A stretch of DNA of 64,000 nt from an uncultured Thermococci archaeon (GCA_964500005.1 CAZCMP010000005.1:77075-141074); one strand, 5' to 3'. Shown: positions 10,120 through 20,145, counted from the first letter of the stretch. Notes: a model not told the origin generated them from the letters alone. Made by a program: numbers and translations.

Positions 10120-10248
10120 ATTTTTTACCTCCATTATCAAAAATATAACAAAAATAGCGTCTAAACTATCATTGAGATAAAAATATGAATCTATTGCCCA
10201 AACTACTCAATAATTTTTCTTTTTATCTAATATAACTCTTTCGGTAAA

Positions 10249-11337
10249 TTACAAGGAGTTTACAATTGAGTAGAATGCAGCCCCATATAAACTAACGTTA
10301 TAGTCAAGGATTAAATATACTGGGATAGACTTAAGAACTGCTTTTTGAGTCTGACAATAAATAAATTCATCTGAAAACTCTTTACTTTCAATTAGCCCCT
10401 TATTTTTCATTGCTATACCTCCTGCGATATACACACCCCCCAATGCAAGAGAATCTAAAGCAAAATTTTTTGCGCATCTGCCATAAAACATGCCAAATAG
10501 TCTAAAAGTTTCTCTGCATTTTAGATCTATATTTCTGTATTTTGATATGGCGGGAGGTTTATCCATAGATCTTTCTATTATTTCATCGTATTTTGTTTTT
10601 CCATAATTTCCAGTATTTTTTAAGAATGAGTATATACTCTCTATGCCCTGCCCAGACAATATATCCTCGTATCTTAAGGGGCCTTGAAGATTCTTTTTTT
10701 CTTTTATATAATTAATTAATTCAAATTCAAAAATATCTTTAATAGGAAAATCCGAATGTCCCCCTTCACTAGGAAGGGACTCATATATGCCGTTATGGTT
10801 GTTGAAATAAAGTATTGACTTTCCAAGCCCCGTTCCTGCACCGATAATTGCTTTAGTTTTTTCAAGAGTTTTCTCATTAATTCCTGGCCTAATAACCAAA
10901 ATATCTGCTGGCCGATATTTAATAAGATAATTTATTCCGTAACCTATTGCCTGGAAATCATTTATTATATGGACTATATCTAAACCGGTTTCTTTTTTAA
11001 TTTCATTTATATTGATTTTCCAATTTAAATTTGTTAAATTTATTATATTTTCTTTAATATTCACTCCAGCACATCCAAAACATGAAACTTTAATCTCTAT
11101 AGCATGATTATTTTTAGCAAATTTCAGCATTTCTTTTATAGGATGTATAATTGAGTTAAGTTTTTTGCTATTATAGCGCTTAAAAAACATCAAATAGGGA
11201 ATATTTTCACTTATACCACAAATTCCTATAGTAGTATTGGTCCCTCCAATGTCCGCAACAAGAACATATTTAGAATATAAAAGATTGTTATTTGAAACAT
11301 ATTCTATCTCTATTTCATTTACCAAATGAACACCCAA
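10249..11337 (-). CDS. glk: glucokinase (Glk family)
   Basis: Motifs VADIGGTNT, IINDF, GAGTGLG and EGGH are collinear with E. coli Glk. The start is uncertain, either TTG at 11337 or 11325. Confidence 0.75.
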   Translation of the reverse strand: MGVHLVNEIEIEYVSNNNLLYSKYVLVADIGGTNTTIGICGISENIPYLMFFKRYNSKKLNSIIHPIKEMLKFAKNNHAIEIKVSCFGCAGVNIKENIINLTNLNWKININEIKKETGLDIVHIINDFQAIGYGINYLIKYRPADILVIRPGINEKTLEKTKAIIGAGTGLGKSILYFNNHNGIYESLPSEGGHSDFPIKDIFEFELINYIKEKKNLQGPLRYEDILSGQGIESIYSFLKNTGNYGKTKYDEIIERSMDKPPAISKYRNIDLKCRETFRLFGMFYGRCAKNFALDSLALGGVYIAGGIAMKNKGLIESKEFSDEFIYCQTQKAVLKSIPVYLILDYNVSLYGAAFYSIVNSL

Positions 11338-11448
11338 AAAGTCTCTATATTTATTATCATTATATATTAATTTTTATGTTTAAATAGATTAGTAATTTCA
11401 TAATTAATAATTTAAACTAAAAGCCCGTATAATAAATGACTTGGTAAA

Positions 11449-13647
11449 ATGAAAAGATTATTAATAGTTTCAAACAGACTGCCTATTACCATAGAAAAGA
11501 ATAATGAGGGCTTAAATTTTAAGCACAGCGTGGGGGGTCTTGCTACAGGACTTGCATCATTCTATAAAAACTATGATAGCACTTGGATAGGCTGGTGTGG
11601 GCTTTCTTCAGACAAAATAAATATCGATGAAAATAAATATATAAAGTCAAAGTTATTGGAAGAATATCAAAATTACCCAGTTTTTTTATCAAAAAAAGAT
11701 ATTGAACTATATTACAATGGATTTTGTAATAGTACTTTATGGCCACTTTTTCATGGATTCACACAGTATACCGAATATATAAAAAAGAATTGGGAGACTT
11801 ATAAAAGCGTAAACGAGAAGTTCTGTGAAGCCGTATGTGAAATTGCAAATAATGGGGATATAATCTGGATTCATGATTATCATTTAATGCTACTTCCAAA
11901 ACTAATTAGAGAAAAATTGCCCCATACTTCAATAGGATTCTTCTTACATATTCCATTCCCTTCTTTTGAGATCTATAGGCTACTGCCATGGAGAAGAGAT
12001 ATCCTTGAAGGGATTCTTGAAGCTGATTTGATTGGGTTTCATATATCTGATTATTCAAGGCATTTCTTATCAGGAGTATTAAGGATATTGGGATTTGAAA
12101 ACGTTGCAGGTAAAGTCTTCACGGGGAAACATTATTCTGAAGTCGATGCATTTCCTATGGGGATAGAGTATGATAAATTTTCAAGTATGGTAAAAGATGA
12201 AAATGTTCAAAAAAAAATAAATGAGATACGGGAGAAAATAGGGGAATATAAAACTATTTTTTCGATAGATAGGCTTGATTATACAAAAGGAATTCTCCAA
12301 AGACTTGAGGCATATGACTATTTTCTCGATAAGTATCCTACTTATAGGGGAAAGGTCGAATTAATTCTTGTAACAGTCCCATCAAGAACTAAAGTTGAGC
12401 ATTATGAAAAACTTAAAAACAAGATTGATGAATATGTTGGAAAAATAAATGGAAAATATGGAAGAGTAAACTGGACGCCAATTAGATATCTATATCGTTA
12501 TATCTCATATTATTCTCTTCTTTCATTGTACAATCTTTCTGATGTAGGATTGATAACCCCCATAAGAGATGGTATGAATTTAATTGCCAAGGAGTTAATA
12601 GCTTCAAAAAATGATGGAAAGGGAGTGCTTATCCTTAGTGAAATGGCCGGTGCTTCAGTTGAACTTGGAGAGGCATTGATAGTTAATCCAAACAATGCAG
12701 AAGAAATTGCAGATGCAATTAAAAAAGGATTGGAAATGCCAATAGATGAACAGATTGAAAGAAATAGAATCATGCAAAAAAGATTAAAAAAATATAATGT
12801 GACAAGATGGGCAGAAGATTTTATAGAAAAACTTGAAGAAGTAAAAAATGAACAGAAAACACTTGAAGTAAAACTTATTCTACCTTCAACTAAAATTGGC
12901 ATGATAAATAGATACAAAAAAAGTGAAAATCGTTTATTCTTGCTCGATTATGATGGAACTTTAGTTCCATTTTCAAATGCACCCCATAAAGCATTACCGG
13001 ATAATGAATTAATTTCTATTCTAAAAAATCTATCAAATGATCCTAAAAATAATGTTGTCATAATAAGTGGGCGCGATAAAAATACTCTTGAGAATTGGTT
13101 TAAAGGTGTCAATTTAAGTATTATAGCTGAGCATGGTGGGCAAATTAAGGAAAAAGGAAGCAATTGGATTTTAACTAAACCAGAGGAAGTAGAATGGAAA
13201 GGAAGAATCTTGCCTTTATTAGAACTGTATGTTGATAGAACGCCGGGATCATTAATCGAAAGTAAGGAACTTTCTCTTGTTTGGCACTATAGAAAAGTAG
13301 ATCCAGAGTTAGCAGCTATACGGTCTAAAGAACTAAAAGCAGCTTTAATGCACCTAACTTCTAATCTAAATGTGGGAGTTTTTGAAGGTAATAAAATTAT
13401 TGAAGTTAAGAATATAAATATAAATAAAGGACATGCGACTTCAAACTGGCTTAATAAAAATAAATGGGATTTTATAGTTACAATTGGAGACGATTTCACA
13501 GATGAAGATATCTTCAAAGTAGTTCCAGAAAATGCATATTCAATAAAGGTAGGTATTGAGCCTTCTCAAGCCAAGTACAATGTTGAATCGTACAAAGAAG
13601 TTAGGATATTACTAAAAGAATTAACCTCTGTAGAATCAAATGATTAG
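11449..13647 (+). CDS. bifunctional trehalose-6-phosphate synthase (GT20) / trehalose-6-phosphate phosphatase (HAD)
   Basis: The N-terminus LIVSNRLP...GGLATGL and GFFLHIPFP are OtsA-like. The C-terminus LFLLDYDGTL and GDDFTDE is an OtsB-like HAD domain. Confidence 0.85.
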   Translation: MKRLLIVSNRLPITIEKNNEGLNFKHSVGGLATGLASFYKNYDSTWIGWCGLSSDKINIDENKYIKSKLLEEYQNYPVFLSKKDIELYYNGFCNSTLWPLFHGFTQYTEYIKKNWETYKSVNEKFCEAVCEIANNGDIIWIHDYHLMLLPKLIREKLPHTSIGFFLHIPFPSFEIYRLLPWRRDILEGILEADLIGFHISDYSRHFLSGVLRILGFENVAGKVFTGKHYSEVDAFPMGIEYDKFSSMVKDENVQKKINEIREKIGEYKTIFSIDRLDYTKGILQRLEAYDYFLDKYPTYRGKVELILVTVPSRTKVEHYEKLKNKIDEYVGKINGKYGRVNWTPIRYLYRYISYYSLLSLYNLSDVGLITPIRDGMNLIAKELIASKNDGKGVLILSEMAGASVELGEALIVNPNNAEEIADAIKKGLEMPIDEQIERNRIMQKRLKKYNVTRWAEDFIEKLEEVKNEQKTLEVKLILPSTKIGMINRYKKSENRLFLLDYDGTLVPFSNAPHKALPDNELISILKNLSNDPKNNVVIISGRDKNTLENWFKGVNLSIIAEHGGQIKEKGSNWILTKPEEVEWKGRILPLLELYVDRTPGSLIESKELSLVWHYRKVDPELAAIRSKELKAALMHLTSNLNVGVFEGNKIIEVKNININKGHATSNWLNKNKWDFIVTIGDDFTDEDIFKVVPENAYSIKVGIEPSQAKYNVESYKEVRILLKELTSVESND

Positions 13648-14403
13648 CCTTCTTTTCATAAGTTTTATTGAAACAAAGAAGAATATTGTAGTTGTAGCTA
13701 AAATCCAGAGTAGACTAGTTACCATGGAAAAACTGTAAACACCCAGTGTTAACGCCCTGTTTATTATAACTATGTGGGCCAAGGGTAGTATGCTTAAAGC
13801 TACGTATTGTATTGCCTCGGGTAAAACTGTCATAGGAAAGAAAGTACCACTGAACAAAAACATGGGAGTAATAAATAGGAAATTTGGGTAGCTTAAAGCA
13901 TCAATTGTCGGGCTTAATGCAGTAAAACACATGGCGATACAGGAAAACAATAACCCTCCAAGAAATGCAAATGGAATAATAAGTAGAGATGATGGCATTT
14001 CGATAACGCCAAATGCCAAGAGTACAGGCAACATTATTGTGGCATAGATAGTGCTCCTAGTTGCACCCCAGAATAATTCCCCAGCAATAACTTCTTCTAT
14101 GGATATTGGGGTGGCTATCATGGCATCAAATGTCTTTAGATAGTACATTCTGACAAATGAGGTATATGTACACTCAAAAAAGGATGCCGTCATTACAGAT
14201 ATTGACACAAGTGCCGGGGCAATGAATTTTGCATATGGAACCCCGTCAACGCTTTCTATAAATCCGCCTAATCCAAATCCTAATGCCAATAGGTATAGAA
14301 TTGGCTCTAAGAAAGGTGGAACAAAATTTAGCTTCCAAGTCTTGACAAATGTTACAATATTTCTTCTCCAAGGTTTCAAAAGTCTATAGCTTAGCCCAAA
14401 CAT
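13636..14403 (-). CDS. ABC-2 type transporter permease
   Basis: It is a six-TM hydrophobic protein directly downstream of the ABC ATPase. Confidence 0.7.
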   Translation of the reverse strand: MFGLSYRLLKPWRRNIVTFVKTWKLNFVPPFLEPILYLLALGFGLGGFIESVDGVPYAKFIAPALVSISVMTASFFECTYTSFVRMYYLKTFDAMIATPISIEEVIAGELFWGATRSTIYATIMLPVLLAFGVIEMPSSLLIIPFAFLGGLLFSCIAMCFTALSPTIDALSYPNFLFITPMFLFSGTFFPMTVLPEAIQYVALSILPLAHIVIINRALTLGVYSFSMVTSLLWILATTTIFFFVSIKLMKRRLII

Positions 14404-14405
14404 AT

Positions 14406-15314
14406 CTATTCCCTTAGTTTTCTCCCCGTTAGTTTCAAAAATACATCTTCAAGTGTTGCAGGTCTTGCCGTGACCCCACTATCCACACACTCTTTGAGTA
14501 TTAGATTAGTTATATCGGATATATTCTCACTGTATACCTCTACATTTTCATTTGCAACTTCGTAGTTAATATTATTTTTTTCTAGACACGCCTTTATCTC
14601 TAGAGTATTTTCTGCTTCTACAATGTGTTCTCCTACATATTTCTTAACAAGTTCTTTTGGAGTTCCTTGAACTAGTATTTCTCCATTGTCCATAATAACA
14701 AGCCTATCGCATAGCTTTGCAGCTTCTTCCATGTAGTGAGTTGTTATTATAACAGTTATTCCTTTTGAGGAAAGATCCTTTAGTTTTTCCCAGATCAGAT
14801 GTCTTGCCTGAGGGTCAAGACCAGTAGTTGGTTCATCCAAAATCAATAGCTTAGGTTCATTAATCATTGCCCTTGCTAGAACAAGCCTCCTTTTCATCCC
14901 ACCAGAAAGTTTTTCCACTGAACTATCCTTTTTTTCCGTTAGTTGAACATATTCGATAAGTTCATTAGCACGTTTCTTTGCTTCATCTATAGGAATGTCA
15001 AAATACCTTGAGTACTGAATAAGGTTTCCAATAACTGAGAAATCGGGGTCAAGATTATCCATCTGAGGAACGACGCCCATAAGCTTCTTTATTTCTTTTT
15101 GATTGTGTTCAACTTCGAGACCAAATACCTTTAGGGCCCCCCCTGTTTTTGGTGAAACACACTGGATTATCTTCATTGTAGTCGTTTTACCTGCCCCATT
15201 TGGTCCTAAAAAGCCAAAAACTTCTCCTTCCTTTACCTCGAAATTGATCTTATTGACTGCTATAATATCACTGAATTTCTTTTCGAGATTTTTGGCTTCG
15301 AGAACTATTGTCAA
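14406..15314 (-). CDS. ABC transporter ATP-binding protein
   Basis: Walker A GPNGAGKTT, the signature LSGGMKRR and Walker B LLILDEPT are present. Confidence 0.85.
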   Translation of the reverse strand: MTIVLEAKNLEKKFSDIIAVNKINFEVKEGEVFGFLGPNGAGKTTTMKIIQCVSPKTGGALKVFGLEVEHNQKEIKKLMGVVPQMDNLDPDFSVIGNLIQYSRYFDIPIDEAKKRANELIEYVQLTEKKDSSVEKLSGGMKRRLVLARAMINEPKLLILDEPTTGLDPQARHLIWEKLKDLSSKGITVIITTHYMEEAAKLCDRLVIMDNGEILVQGTPKELVKKYVGEHIVEAENTLEIKACLEKNNINYEVANENVEVYSENISDITNLILKECVDSGVTARPATLEDVFLKLTGRKLRE

Positions 15315-15340
15315 TGAAACACCGATTAGGTTAATCTATC

Positions 15341-15641
15341 TTATTTTAAAATCTTTCCGCTTATTTCCCTCTTTTTAACCTGTTTACCCTACCCTAATCG
15401 ACTAAAAAATCAAAGCTTTTTCCGCACTTTTCCACCTAAAACAAGCTCTAAATCACAACATATATCCTCCTCCATACAGCTAAAAAATCGCACTCCCCTC
15501 TGCCCCCAAAACTCCAAAAATCGACCAAATTTTTTCGATCACTCAATTTTTTTTCAATCCCATTTTTTCGAAAAAATTCACTGATGTAACAATATATATG
15601 TTACAACATATATAATTATAAAATTATTACAATATAGACTT
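15341..15641. repeat. left arm of a ~300-bp imperfect inverted repeat (partner 20320-20640)
   Basis: By manual alignment it matches the reverse complement of 20320-20640 at ~80-85% identity. Shared blocks include ttccctctttttaacc.gtttaccc and gatg.aacaatatatatgtt..aacatatataattataaaattattacaat. Confidence 0.7.
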
Positions 15642-15752
15642 TACATCTTTTACATATAATGGTATAAAAAAAACAGAGAAAGTATCCCCTGTTTGATTAT
15701 TAAATATCGCAACCTATTAATTTATATAATTAAAAATTGTTTAAATAATGTG

Positions 15753-16748
15753 ATGCTGGATAATTCTACTTCTTGGAAGCGATACTTTAAATTTAGTCCA
15801 GTTACTCCACTTATTTTTTCTGAAAATCAGGCTATAAACTATTTCGTTAAGCGAGATATTTTAGATGAAGAGCCAAACAATATGGAGTCTTTATGGATTC
15901 TTCCAAAGGTCATATCACTTTTTAATAAACAACAGAAAGATGGATCTTGGAAGTATTCAGGTGCTAGAAAAGATATTAGCTCTCAAATGATTTACAATCA
16001 AATTGAAACTTATAGGATTATCCGAGTATTGGTTGAAAAATATGGGCTAAACAACACAAATGATGAAATCTCCAAAGCTTGCGAATTTCTCTTTTCCTTT
16101 CAGACAGAAGAAGGTGATTTCAGAGGGATATATGGTAATGAATACACGCCAAATTATTCTGCTGCGATTATGGAGATGTTAATAAAAGCAGGATATGAGA
16201 AAGATGATAGAATAGACCTTGGGATCAAATGGCTTATGTCTATTAGGCAAAATGATGGTGGTTGGGCCATACCATTTAGAACAACTAAACACAAGATTAA
16301 TTATGTCTTTAATGAAAATGATAAAAATGCTCCAATCAAAAATGACCCACTTAAACCTTCATCCCATTTAATAACAGGAATAGTTTTGAGGGCATTTGCA
16401 TCACACAACCACTACAAAAAATCAATTGAGGCAAAGAGAGCGGGGAATTTTCTTAAATCTCAATTTTTTAAGAAAGATAATTATCCTGATCGTGGGACAA
16501 CTGATTATTGGGAAAAGTTAGCTTATCCATTCTGGTGGACTGATATAGTTTCCTCTCTTGATTCTCTTTCGAAACTCCAATTTAACCCAAAGGACAGTGA
16601 CATAAAAAAAGGATTAGAGTATCTTATTGATAATCAGAGGTCAGATGGAACCTGGAAAGTATATTATGGCCTCCCAAAAGATGATAACAATGATTTATGG
16701 ATAAATTTGGCTATTTGTAGAATTTTCAAGAGATTTTATTCTATATAA
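15753..16748 (+). CDS. prenyltransferase / squalene-cyclase-like (QW-motif alpha/alpha toroid) repeat protein
   Basis: It has repeated Q-x2-DG(S/G/T)W motifs (QKDGSWKYSG, QNDGGWAIPF, QRSDGTWKV) and GGF-like repeats (EEGDFRGIYG...YS.AIMEML). The track start at 15693 is TTG. The first ATG is at 15753. Confidence 0.6.
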   Translation: MLDNSTSWKRYFKFSPVTPLIFSENQAINYFVKRDILDEEPNNMESLWILPKVISLFNKQQKDGSWKYSGARKDISSQMIYNQIETYRIIRVLVEKYGLNNTNDEISKACEFLFSFQTEEGDFRGIYGNEYTPNYSAAIMEMLIKAGYEKDDRIDLGIKWLMSIRQNDGGWAIPFRTTKHKINYVFNENDKNAPIKNDPLKPSSHLITGIVLRAFASHNHYKKSIEAKRAGNFLKSQFFKKDNYPDRGTTDYWEKLAYPFWWTDIVSSLDSLSKLQFNPKDSDIKKGLEYLIDNQRSDGTWKVYYGLPKDDNNDLWINLAICRIFKRFYSI

Positions 16749-17193
16749 ATTAAATAATTAATCGATTAGGGCGGGCTAATCGACTAAAATAATTATTTTA
16801 GAAAATTATTTATTGATTAAATTTGAAAAATATAAATATCAACATATATATTTTATATAATATATATTTAAATAATTATTGCATTAAATAATTGATAATT
16901 TTTAACATTAGTAGCTAAAAATAGAATATCATGATGTTGTAGTATTTTCCTAAATAGAGATAATGGAATCGGTATTTATTAATCAAAATTTTTCGGTAGT
17001 TAGGATTAAATATTATACTTCCTTGTCAAATGACCGATAATATGGAATCTATCCCTATGCCCGATTAAGTCTTATTAAAAATGAAGGCATTATAGTTCTT
17101 TTTGTTCTATTGTCAATACAGCCACTTTACAGATTTTTAAGATAATCTCCAAAGAAGGACTATTTAAAATCTATTTATACCGGAGTAATTAAG

Positions 17194-17210
17194 ATAATTG
17201 CAATAATTAT
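17194..17210 (+). promoter_or_regulatory. copy of recurrent ATAATTGCAATAATT(TTA) box followed by a TATA-like element
   Basis: Copies of the same ~18-nt semi-palindromic box recur at 18464-18479, 18960-18977 and 20329-20346. Each is followed within 10 nt by a (T)TTATATA-like element. Confidence 0.25.
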
Positions 17211-17415
17211 ATAAAATTATATAATGTAGAATATTATAATGAATAATAATTGCAATTTCCCATTAACCCTGGATTAAATGTTATTATTGAAATTAGATTG
17301 CCATTTATTTTTGGCATAATTTTTTGAATATGATAATGGAATTGGAATTCATTTACCAACTTTTTATAGGGGATAAAAATAAATACTTTGCAATCCTATT
17401 TAATAAGGTGAGAAT

Positions 17416-17613
17416 ATGGGATTAATGTCTTGGGTAGATAAGAAATCAGAAAAAATAAGCGCCTGGGATATTGCGTTTGTAAAAATTGGTGCTATGATAT
17501 TTGGCCTTATTATCGGGGCTTACTTTCCAGTTTTAGTAAAACAGTATGTTATACTGCTTATAGTTCTTTTTATACTATTTTCCGCGAAACCTGTTTATGT
17601 ATTTTTCAAATAG
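17416..17613 (+). CDS. small hypothetical membrane protein
   Basis: The 65-aa ORF has one or two TM segments and a GGTGAG SD 6 nt upstream. Confidence 0.35.
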   Translation: MGLMSWVDKKSEKISAWDIAFVKIGAMIFGLIIGAYFPVLVKQYVILLIVLFILFSAKPVYVFFK

Positions 17614-18047
17614 TTTGCTGAAATACATTTTTATCTAATTACCGGGCTTATTTGAATAAAAAGAAGACTTTAGAGATATTAAAAATAATTTAATATCGCC
17701 AAAAATAACGGGGCGATCTGATATCTAGAACTACCTTTAGTTTGAGTCCTAATTATCCCTAAAAAGGCCCTAATATCGTCCTTTATAGCTAAATATATGA
17801 GAAAATCTGCTTTATTACGTATAATATACATTATACGCAATAAATAATAGGATAAATACTAGAAAAAAGCCAGGGTAAACAAGCCATTTAGGGCCTATTT
17901 TACCTATAATTCATATTATCTCAAGAATTTAAAAATCTTATTATTCGCAAACGGTTTTTTTAGTCGTTTAGGGTGGGCTAGATAAAAATAAAATACCTTT
18001 CTAAGAGGATATTTTTAAATGTAAAAGAACAAATAGTCTATGATATT

Positions 18048-18398
18048 ATGGCCGGAGCTTCGAAAGAAGTAAGCGAGTATATTAACAGTTTACCAGAGGA
18101 TAAAAAAGAGATAGTAAAAGCACTTAGAAAGATTATTTTATCTGTAGACCCTAGCCTAGATGAATCGTTAAAGTGGAAGCAGCCAGTATACTCAAAGAAA
18201 GGAGATATATGTTATTTATTCCCTGCTGGCAATCATGTTAATCTAGGATTCTATAACGGTACAGAGCTTAAAGATCCTAAGAAGATGCTTGATGGGATTG
18301 GAAAGACGATGAGGCATATCAAAATAAGGGATTTAGGAGATATAGATAAAGAATATTTTTGGGAATTGATATCCGATGCCATTTCCAAAGATAGATGA
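18048..18398 (+). CDS. DUF1801 (YdhG-like) domain protein
   Basis: It has the ...GKTMRHIKI.. C-terminal pattern and is a paralog of 27177-27533. Confidence 0.6.
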   Translation: MAGASKEVSEYINSLPEDKKEIVKALRKIILSVDPSLDESLKWKQPVYSKKGDICYLFPAGNHVNLGFYNGTELKDPKKMLDGIGKTMRHIKIRDLGDIDKEYFWELISDAISKDR

Positions 18399-18463
18399 TT
18401 TTGCAATAAATTTACAATAATATATTTCATATAAAATATTTTGAAATAATATTTGCAATTATA

Positions 18464-18479
18464 ACTTGCAATAATTTTA
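18464..18479 (+). promoter_or_regulatory. copy of TTGCAATAATTTTA box + TATA-like element
   Basis: The sequence acttgcaataattttacatttatatat is present here. Confidence 0.25.
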
Positions 18480-18533
18480 CATTTATATATTATTAATAAT
18501 AATGTTTTATATAATTATTGCAATTATTCTTGA

Positions 18534-18857
18534 TTATTCTTTTTCCTTCTTCAATATGAATGGCAGTGTTGTAAATGATGTCCCTATCAGCAATATTCCG
18601 ACAATTCCTATTATCCTTGCTATGGATATCGTATTCGCCCCAAGTAGAGTACCGTTAAACATTAAGAAAGCCCCGATCAAAGCTAATGATAGCCCTATTA
18701 TGAACTGGATAGTAAACCTTTTCTTATGAATATCCCCTTTTCCCTGGAATAAAGACCCTTTTCTATTACTAAATGCTACGAATAGCACTAGTAATAATAA
18801 AATAATCCCGATTATGATGAGTACCATAGCTGGATTCACCATATAAAATATAAGCAT
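18534..18857 (-). CDS. hypothetical integral membrane protein
   Basis: The 107-aa product has three predicted TM helices. The opposite-strand ORF is rejected. Confidence 0.45.
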   Translation of the reverse strand: MLIFYMVNPAMVLIIIGIILLLLVLFVAFSNRKGSLFQGKGDIHKKRFTIQFIIGLSLALIGAFLMFNGTLLGANTISIARIIGIVGILLIGTSFTTLPFILKKEKE

Positions 18858-18959
18858 AACTTCTATTTAAGGTTTTTGTTTATTAGATTAATTAAAAAAT
18901 CTTAAATATTTAATAAATATCGGAAATATGTTACTAAATCCTATTTAATATAATAAGTG

Positions 18960-18977
18960 ATAATTGCAATAATTTTA
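18960..18977 (+). promoter_or_regulatory. copy of ATAATTGCAATAATTTTA box + TATA-like element
   Basis: The sequence ataattgcaataattttatgtttatatatat is present here. Confidence 0.25.
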
Positions 18978-19095
18978 TGTTTATATATATCCTAATATAT
19001 AAATAGTTAAGATCCTAAAATACAATATTTTCCTTGTCTAGGCTACCCTAAACAAGAACAAAATACTATTAAAAATATAGAAAATTAATAATAGA

Positions 19096-20145
19096 TCAAT
19101 TAACGTTGCAGCCTTCTAGATCTGGGTGATTTTTGCATCTGTTGTTTCTTAGTATTGAAAGGAATTTATTCATTGGAAGTGTAGTTGGACAGCCAGTGTT
19201 ACCTCTTGCATTAAGTTTTGGGTCTCCGATAAAGTAACTGTCGTTAGGATCGTCGTATATGTCTATGTCCTTTCCGTTGTTGCAGAACTGATTGTAGTAC
19301 ACTTTTGTCCCTGTTGGATTTCCGTCTGCATGGACAAAGTTATGATCATGGCGTTCCTGTATACCGAATTTTGGATTATTCCTGATAATATTGTTTCTAA
19401 TTAATGTATTTGTTACTATCCCACCGATTTCAATTCCTCTATCCACTGATTTTTCGATTATGTTATTTTCAACTAGAACATCGGAGATTTCTCCATTGCC
19501 CCATGTAACTATGCTTATTCCGATATCGCCCCCACCGAGAATATGATTGTCTTTAATAAGAATGTTTTTCGCTTTTGAATTCCAAGTTACGCCCATTATT
19601 CCGGCGCTATCCCAGCCTTCCTTATAAGGTCCTCCTTCTACTATGTTTCCGATAACTTTTGAATCATTTCCTGCAACTTGAATTCCAACACGAAGATGGT
19701 TAGGTACTTTTATTTTGTTATTTAGTATATTGCAAGTTGTTCCTTCTCCACTGCCCGTTCCCTGAATAATTCCAAAAGATTCAGGCGATGTGCTGGATAA
19801 AATAATAGTAAAGCCTTCCACAGTTATCGTCCCTAGATTCTTACCATCAATATTGATTACCCTATAGCTTGTAACGCTTGTGCCAGGTCCGATTATTGTT
19901 GAATCTCTTCCCCCTACAGATTTTAATGTAATATTTGATTTATTTATCACGACGTTTTCATTATAAGTACCTGGATATACGAGTATGGTGTCACCGGCAG
20001 CTGCTGCAGTGATTGCATCTCCGATCGTTGTATATGTTTTTCCAGCTCCCACTTCACGAGTAGTAGCTGCACTTACTGGATCAATAATAGCCAATATAGA
20101 AACAACTAATAAAATTCCTATAATTATCGATTTTATTTTTTTCAT
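19096..20145 (-). CDS. secreted right-handed parallel beta-helix (pectate-lyase/NosD-like) repeat protein
   Basis: It has a signal peptide MKKIKSIIIGILLVVSILAIIDPVSA. It has beta-helix repeats with N/G/I ladders. The N-terminal TILVYPGTYNENVVI motif is shared with 25720-27084. Confidence 0.75.
   Translation of the reverse strand: MKKIKSIIIGILLVVSILAIIDPVSAATTREVGAGKTYTTIGDAITAAAAGDTILVYPGTYNENVVINKSNITLKSVGGRDSTIIGPGTSVTSYRVINIDGKNLGTITVEGFTIILSSTSPESFGIIQGTGSGEGTTCNILNNKIKVPNHLRVGIQVAGNDSKVIGNIVEGGPYKEGWDSAGIMGVTWNSKAKNILIKDNHILGGGDIGISIVTWGNGEISDVLVENNIIEKSVDRGIEIGGIVTNTLIRNNIIRNNPKFGIQERHDHNFVHADGNPTGTKVYYNQFCNNGKDIDIYDDPNDSYFIGDPKLNARGNTGCPTTLPMNKFLSILRNNRCKNHPDLEGCNVN

Noticed and set aside
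16749-18047. A possible replication origin (oriC) in the long AT-rich gap with repeated GATAATGGAAT boxes.
   Set aside because: There is no adjacent orc1/cdc6 gene. There are no recognisable ORB or mini-ORB (..TCCAGTGGAAAC..) elements. The repeats look more like promoter or operator modules.
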